Of a DNA stretch of 64,000 bases, positions 55,454 to 64,000 are shown piece after piece. Each line of letters opens with the position of its first letter. Position 1 is the stretch's first letter. The notes beneath the pieces are model-generated. The model was not told the origin of the DNA, did no database searches, and saw nothing but the letters and a program-made list of their open reading frames with translations. Source of the stretch: the human T2T-CHM13v2.0 reference genome, Homo sapiens; assembly GCF_009914755.1 (NCBI RefSeq), contig NC_060926.1, one strand, 5' to 3'. The translations under genes and the position numbers were made by a program.

Positions 55454-55606
55454 AAATGGCAGCATAGGTATTAAAAGCTTATTAACATCCTTACAGGTTG
55501 GCTGCAAAACACGCGATCAGTGTCAGCTGTGGCCTGTATAGTCACAAAGGTTTTCTGTTCTTGTTAAAAATTGTACTTTCTGAAGCTTTTAAGAAAATTA
55601 TATTTT
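55454..55606 (+). pseudogene. THADA-like pseudo-exon
   Basis: Acceptor ctttttttttattgtgttcag; phase 0 reads KWQHRY*KLINILTGWLQN...LYFLKLL; compare THADA QWHETWVSPLLFILCEG...YYLPKLL; 3' boundary uncertain. Confidence 0.45.
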
Positions 55607-56834
55607 GTAGTTTCTTTTTTGGGGGGCTGGGGGGCATACAAGGAAACAAAACCTCAATTCATGAGCCTTTTAAACATAGTCGTGTTTGTCTCCCTCACAG
55701 ATGTTTTTATGTTTCTATTTTTTATATATTCTTTTTTAACCATTCAATAGAATCAGATGATTCAGTCTTCCTCACCAGCCCATTATTATTAGTCCATTTT
55801 TCTACAGATCTTCTCTATAAGATATACAGATGTACCGTATGAACTCATTTCTTCCCTCTCTTTCTGCTTTTGAAATTGATCTCTCCATTATTCTAAGTGG
55901 GTTTTGATAATATTCTCTTCATGCAATAATTCCAAACATATTCTTGACATACCTCCTTTGCCCTGAATACCCATAAGCATCATTATTCAAAATAGGGAGG
56001 ATAGAGCTGTGAGTGGTGACATGGCCTGGATAGGCTATATGTGCCTTTAATATAAATTCAATAATTTAGAACAATAGTTTTCAGAAAAAAGTGTTGATTT
56101 TGGTTTTGACTACAGTAATATGAGCATGCAAACAAATTTGGCTATTGAATGATACAAATTATTAAATATTTTCCTGCTTTATGATTTAGCAGATTTGTAT
56201 GTGTGTGTGCTTAACTTTGCCTTGTAATTTGTTAGCTAGTAATTAAATAAGAGCCAGTTTGTCAAAAACAGAAATGATGAAATTAAATTGCATTATAAAT
56301 TAAAGCATACATTCCCCTCCTTTGTTTCAAGCTTCAAAAGCTTGTGTAGGCTCAAGTCCTGTGGCCTTAACTACATATTTGGATCTTTACCTGGGTCTTC
56401 AAAGTCCATATGCCAGTAATTGAATGTAACCTATTTCCATGCTCCCATTCCCAAATTATCTCCTTTCTTCTACCCATCTAAGACTATATATGTTATCCTC
56501 AAGAAATAGAAGTGAAGATCAGACATTGGCCCTCACTATATTGTGAGTGTGCTGAGGTAGAGCCTCCTTATTCAAGGACAGCCTAAACAGATACCTCAGA
56601 GTTACCAGGCGTAACTGAAATACAATTGAAAAAATACTATGGTATTCTAGGTTTATACTATTTCTTTTACAACCTGAGTTAATACCATCTCATATAGAAA
56701 CAAACATTGAAAATGTTCTAGAGAAAACTATCCTACTGATAAAAGTGCACACAATTATTACTGAGCCCTATAGCCATGCCAAACAAAGTTAATTTAAAAA
56801 AATGGAAGATTAACTTATAAATTCCAAGAGGAAA

Positions 56835-56984
56835 GCGCCTGAAAGCCACTGACGTAGCCGGCGGAGGACCACTGTGACGCACTTGTGTACTGCGTCAGCA
56901 CTGTGTATCCTTGGCGACGTCGGCGCTCGAGCTGCACTCGGCCGGGCTCTTGGCAGCACCCTGTGCTCTGAGGGTGTCTTGCCC

Positions 56985-56990
<6 letters not shown>
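56835..56990. promoter_or_regulatory. Small CpG-rich promoter/enhancer-like patch with CRE/ATF-type motifs
   Basis: Dense CpGs in an otherwise CpG-poor window; TGACGT at 56850, TGACGCA at 56875, TGCGTCA at 56891, CGACGTCG at 56915. Confidence 0.6.
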
Positions 56991-57277
<287 letters not shown>

Positions 57278-57430
57278 GCGCATTCTCAAATCCCGCAGTC
57301 AGTCCTGCGGGTGGAACACTTAGAGGAAAAGTCAGACCTCTCTATATGCAGGCCCCTCCAATACTGTATTTTCTGTCGGCTTATAAGTGGACCCAGGCAG
57401 TTCAAACCCATGTTATTCAAGGGTCAACTG
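57278..57430 (+). mobile_element. MER8-like Tigger-derived fragment
   Basis: ataagtggacccaggcagttcaaacccatgttattcaagggtcaactg terminus. Confidence 0.75.
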
Positions 57431-57451
57431 TGTATATAGGAACAGCCATTC

Positions 57452-57608
57452 GCCTGGCACAGTGGCTCAAGCCGGTAGCCCCAGCACTTTGGGAGGTCGA
57501 GGCGGGAGGATCCCAAGAGTTCCAGGTTACAATGAACTGTGATAGCGCCACTGCATTCCATCCTGGGCACCAGAGTGAGACACTTGTCTCAAAAAAAAAA
57601 AAAAAAAG
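57452..57608 (+). mobile_element. Alu monomer (FRAM/FAM-like)
   Basis: Single Alu arm plus A tail. Confidence 0.88.
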
Positions 57609-58235
57609 GAAAAGGAATAGCCCCCCAAATCTATATATATTTCACTAGCAGAATAACAGAACATACCAAAATTTAACAGTAATAATGTAAAGATTTTCAG
57701 CCGTCTGTATTTTCCAAATCTTCAAAAATGTCTATTTTGGGAATTTGGATATTAAAATCTTACTTTTAAAACAAAATTTAACAAAACATTTTTAATAGTG
57801 AGAGCCTTTTAGATTTTAAAAGCTCACATTTGTGTAAACATTACAGTCTTATGTGGACAAATATCAAATGCGTTGATATTTTTAACTGGAAATTTGGGCT
57901 ATTTTGGTTGTGGATAATTTTTTATCCTTTTTGTTTTTCCATATTTTCTAAATTTTGATATAATGAACAAGTATTGCCTTTCTAAAAAAGGAAAAACAGC
58001 ATTTTGTTTTATTTCAACCATATTGGATGTGAATAAAAGAAAAGAAAAAGATGATTCTGAGCTTACCAGTGTGTGTGACCCACATTAACAGAAATGACAT
58101 GTAAAGAAAATCTAGTTTGGAGTGGAAAATCCTATTTTAGGTAGTTGATTTCTTTCACTTGAGGTACCATTTATCTATCCATGTGGGGATAGCCTAGTAG
58201 GAAGATGAAATGGTAGGACAGAGATCTTGATGGAA

Positions 58236-58392
58236 GCCAGTAGTTGTGGCACAGTTCTGAGGCCCAGCTACTCCAAAGGCAGAGGGGGAAACATCCCTTT
58301 AGCCCAGGAGTTGGAGACTGCAATGAGTTATGTTCATGCCTTTGCACTCCAGCCTCTGGAAGAGAATGAGATTCCTATCTCTAAAATGAAAA
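58236..58392 (+). mobile_element. Degenerate Alu monomer (FAM/FRAM-like)
   Basis: cccagctactc...agcccaggagttggagactgcaatgag. Confidence 0.8.
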
Positions 58393-58395
58393 GAG

Positions 58396-58700
<305 letters not shown>

Positions 58701-58954
58701 AATTAATTTAAAAATAAAAACCAAAAGAGAAGATCTGATGGACTTAGAAGTCATATATCTCAGGTGATAGGTGAAACCACAAGTTTGCCTTGAAAAGTGT
58801 GTTGATGACAATAGCCATACCTAACAAGTACTTGCTGTGTTCCAAAGCTCTTTTTGTTAGCACTTCATTTGTATTAACTAATATCATTCTTCCACCAACT
58901 TTGTAAGGGTACTGTTATTATCCTCAGTTTTTACAGATAAGGAAAGCAAAAGAC

Positions 58955-59262
58955 AGCCAGGTACCATGGCTCATGCCTGTAATCCAAAACTTTGGGAGGC
59001 TGAGGTGGGAGGATCACTTGAGCCCAGTAGTTCAAGACCATCCTGGGCAACATAGCAACACCCTGTGCTTACAAAAAAAGAGAAATTAAAAACTAGCCAG
59101 GCATGGTGGTACATGCCAGTAGTCCCAGCTATTTGGGAGACTGAAGCAGGAGGATCTCTTGAGGCTAGGTGTTGGAGGCTGCAGTGAGCTATGTTCACTC
59201 CACTGCACTCCAGCTTAGGTGACAGAGAAAGACCCTGTCTCAAAAAAAAAAAAAAAAAAAAA
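58955..59262 (+). mobile_element. AluJ inserted in an antisense MIR
   Basis: Full dimer with long A tail; the MIR core ttacagataaggaaa resumes after the Alu. Confidence 0.94.
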
Positions 59263-59279
59263 GGAAACCAAGAGAATGA

Positions 59280-59695
<416 letters not shown>

Positions 59696-59991
59696 CATCC
59701 AAAGAGAGAATCTTCTTGAGGAACTCAAAAGACTTTTCTCTTTTGGATAAGCAGTTCATATTTCTGCATTTATTAGGGATTTTCACATTTTACTTCATTT
59801 CACACTACTTTTTTTTTGTTCAGTGGTATAACATTTTCACCATGGCACTGAAAATTCCATTTGCATTAATGTCCAATGTCATATATTCCTACCATGTTGC
59901 AAATACAGTTCATTTGTCCAGCTTTACTGAGGTATAATTCACAAATAAAAATTGTATATCTTTACTAGGTACAACATGATGTTTTGCTATC

Positions 59992-60108
59992 CAAGCATAC
60001 CTCATTTTATTGCACTACATTTTATTGTACTTCACAGATACTATGTTTTTGACAAATTGAAAGTTTATGCCCACTCTGTGTCAAACAAATCTTTCTGCAT
60101 CATTTTTC
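59992..60108 (+). mobile_element. Tigger1 5' terminal fragment
   Basis: caagcatacctcattttattg...cttcacagatact...acaaattgaaagtttatg. Confidence 0.8.
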
Positions 60109-60182
60109 TTTTTTGAGACAGAGTCTCACACTGCCGCCCAGGCTGGAGTACAGTGGCACGATCTCAGCTCACTGCAACCTCC

Positions 60183-60366
60183 TGTGGCAGGCCAGGTCTC
60201 ACTAATGCAGACTTCCATAACAACTGTTTCAGTAATGACTGAATGAAGTTAAATACTAAAAGCCAGTGCCCTTATACAAAGGCTGGGATGTAACAAAAGG
60301 CCATCAAAACTTTTGCCTAGGCCTGTCCTGGGCCTTAAAGCATGACAAAATAATGAAGGAATTCTT
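60183..60366 (+). mobile_element. ERV LTR 5' fragment (subfamily not assigned) between two antisense Alu tail fragments (60109-60182 and 60367-60413)
   Basis: Begins tgtggcaggccaggtctcactaa exactly where the Alu text stops. Confidence 0.7.
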
Positions 60367-60413
60367 TTTATTTATTTATTTATTTTTTTTTTGAGATGGA
60401 GTCTTGCTTTGTC

Positions 60414-62130
60414 TGAATATGTCAGCTTGCTTGATAGGTAACTTGATTGAGTCTAGGCGTTGCCCATGCCTACTCTGATCTTTACCCTCAACCTAAATAG
60501 CATATGTATAGTTCTCTTGATTAATCCTTAAACTAACTCCCTACCTTACCCCCACCAAACTAGTATTTCTCCTCAAGGAAAATACTGTCTGCTCACACTG
60601 GGGCCATGGAAGAACCACCTGACATGAGTTTTTGTGATTTTCTGTTTATCTCAAAACTTGGCCTTCGGCATTTACATCTTGGATGGCTTTTTGTATCTCC
60701 ATTTTCTCTTTATAGTTTCATAAACAGTTCCTCTTGAAAAATTATCAGTGGTAAAATCTGATGAGTATCAATAGTCTCCAAAGTGCTTTTTATCTTCATC
60801 CTTTATCCAATACATTCTTACACCCTCTGAAATTGTTTAGTTTGCAGAAACTTAGCTTACCCCTTTTTGACTATTTACAGCCATGGCAATTTTTACTTGG
60901 TTTGTTTTACTGCCCAAGCCAGTCTTAGAATTTCTCAAAGCCTCAACCCAAATATAAAATCCTTCAGGAATGAGACTTAGTACAAATATATGGGCAATAT
61001 TATAAATTTTAATTAGCCTAATGGCCTCCATAGTCCTATGACAACCTTTGCAATTTTTGCTGAACTCTATGCAAGGTATCTCTACCCAAGAGATAACTGA
61101 GAATTCCTTTCTTACTTACTTTTGTTACAAGTAATTCCTCTTTTGTTTTTAAAACTACACGTGGCTCTCCTAATTTTTACCTCCTGAATCAATAACATAT
61201 TTACTTATATTTGCCTCATTAGAACCTAACTTGCATATACACATAATAACTCCAGGTATATTGGAGTTATTATGTAGCTCCAATGTAATAATTAGACAAT
61301 TTAAGAGACTTCTCATGTCTTCCAGGAGATCATGCTTACCTGGAAGTGTCTGAGAGGACACTGATCTCCCTGGATGGGGGTTACAAAAGTTGAAAAAGCT
61401 ATCAAAACTTGGTTAATAATGCTGACTGAAAAGATAAAGCCATAAAGCCCTAGAAGTATAACCAACTAATCTAAAATAATTAATCCAAGTGGTTACAGGT
61501 AACAGCATAGCTTTAGATTGCTTAATGGTACACCAAGAAAAAAATATGACATATTGCTAACAGTCCCTGATGAATGTGGAGGGAAGGTTGACTAACCTAT
61601 AGTCAAACTGAAAGAAAAGACAATTTGGCTAATCAAAAGTGGACTCAGAAGGACCCTTGAGATCTGACCTCCTGGTCAGAATAAGGAAATCTTTGGTCAT
61701 CAATCTAAAGTGACTTCCAGTGTCTCCTTATCATCATTCTGGTTATTCTTGTCTCACAGTCTTCTAATGCCTGGTCTCCAGAGCTGTATATGCCACTGCA
61801 TAGCTGTTATTTCACTGATGGCACAAAAAATTATTTTGCAATGGAACGAAAAATAAAGGGATTCTGATATTCTGTCAGGCCAAATGCCAAGCCCTTCAGT
61901 TAGAATTCCTACAAAGGTAATAAGCCATACAGCAGTGAATACGTAATCATCTGCTCTACTTCTACAGGACTAAGGGATGGTGAAAATAGGGGAGGGGATT
62001 GTTAAAACTCTGCCAGGTTCCCAGTCTGTGCACTCAAAAGTGTTGACCCTATGTCCCTGAGCTTAACATTCATATCCTGTCTCAGACCTCTTTGTTAAGC
62101 AATGTCTGTGCTTTTGTGACAAAAGCAGAA
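60414..62130 (+). mobile_element. Decayed ERV internal region (env TM remnant), polypurine tract and start of the 3' LTR
   Basis: 61483-61560 reads IQVVTGNSIALDCLMVHQE (immunosuppressive-domain-like), then IANS and KLKEKTIWL; polypurine tract aaaataggggagggga at 61983-61998, then tgttaaa. Confidence 0.7.
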
Positions 62131-62211
62131 AAAATAAAATAAAATAAAATAAAATAAAATGGAGAATTTCGAGTCCCCAAATGAACCAATTAGAACTTAA
62201 TGCCTAGAACT

Positions 62212-62629
<418 letters not shown>

Positions 62630-62690
62630 TTATTTAAGCTCTGGTTGTGTTTGTATTATTCCTTAAAGGTATTTATAAAATATTTTATTG

Positions 62691-62986
<296 letters not shown>

Positions 62987-63861
62987 TTTTTTTTCCAACA
63001 AATTTGTTTTTGATAAGAAAATATCTGATAATTATTAATTATCTGCCCCCATCCAATGCAAGATGGAAGAAGTAGTACTGAACATTAATCTAGAAAATTA
63101 AGAATTTTTAAATATATCCATAAGCTTGTATGTTTGACATCATGAAGAAAACCACACTATTCCTAAAATATATTATACTTTATGTCATAAGCAGAGACAG
63201 ACTATTGCATGAATAAACCAAACAGAATTAGCTTACCATAGCTTTTTTTTGAGACATTTTAAAAGTTATTATTTTTATATTTCATTTACTCTCTTGGGTA
63301 TCTAAGCTAGAATTGATTTACTTTCATTACCTTTCAAATTATCCTCTTGATTTAGGCTTTCAGTGCAGACTGGGGAACTAGAAATTCCACAGAAACAAAT
63401 CTCAGAAAATAAAATTCCCTTAGAATATGAGTATCAGAAAATAATCTTCTAGGTGTCATGACATCAAAAGTTTAAAAAGTTGATACTTTCCACAATATTT
63501 TCATATAGCAGTTCTCTAGAAATGCTTACTGGATGAATCTACAATGAACCAGAGTGAAACTGCCTGTTACCGAGTAATATTCCAATGGGCATTTGGTCTG
63601 TAAATACCTAATATCCCAATCAAGTATCTGCTACTAGATTAACTGTAATTGTAAGGTACTGCAACTGGGAGGCATAGGGGAGTAGATTTTTTAAAAGAAA
63701 TGTTCCAAATTATACTTTGGCCTAAGTATTCAGCCAAAGTATGCTTCTCCAATTCTGCCTTGGCCCATCTCAAGTCATTTTTGGTATCCCTGAATGTCAC
63801 ATGGTCAGAGATTGCATGATCATTCAGTTACCATCATATCTAAACAGGGTAACAAAAATCT

Positions 63862-64000
63862 GGCCAGGCACAGTGTCATGCCTGTAAGCCCAGCACTTTG
63901 GAAGGCCAAAGCGGGCAGATCGCTTGAGCCCAGGAGCTCAAAACTAGCCTGGGCAACATGGCAAAACCCCGTCTCTACCAAAAATGCAAAATTTAGCCGG
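63862..64000 (+). mobile_element. Alu (J/Sz-like) left arm, cut by the window end
   Basis: ggccaggcacagtgtcatgcctgtaagcccagcactttg. Confidence 0.93.

Noticed and set aside
63355-63660. Possible further THADA-like exon(s), e.g. ELEIPQKQISENKIPL
   Set aside because: Similarity too weak and no clear splice boundaries.

Overview
Primate (human-like) AT-rich nuclear DNA, dense in transposable elements: Alu J/S/Y, L1PA/L1PB/L1M, L2, MIR, MaLR and ERV1 LTRs, and Tigger/Charlie DNA transposons. I see no intact protein-coding gene; the supplied ORFs come from repeats or low-complexity sequence, or are chance ORFs. The main non-repeat signal is a chain of + strand AG...GT-bounded segments at about 8.6, 15.7, 19.9, 30.5, 34.6, 48.2, 53.3/55.0 and 55.5 kb. 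Their broken translations line up in order with the N-terminal third of THADA/Trm732 as I recall that sequence, which suggests a decayed, intron-containing THADA-like paralogue. One of its exons is split by a young L1 and another is duplicated. Other signals: a near-perfect 132-bp inverted repeat with a fold-back hairpin at 3.65-4.7 kb; a CpG/CRE-rich promoter-like patch at 56.8 kb; a twin-primed L1; an L1 3' transduction with a ~165-bp target duplication; a probable deletion scar at 60.4 kb; and an ERV env remnant. Repeat subfamily names and protein similarities are recognised by eye or from memory and need RepeatMasker/tblastn confirmation. Repeat boundaries are approximate.
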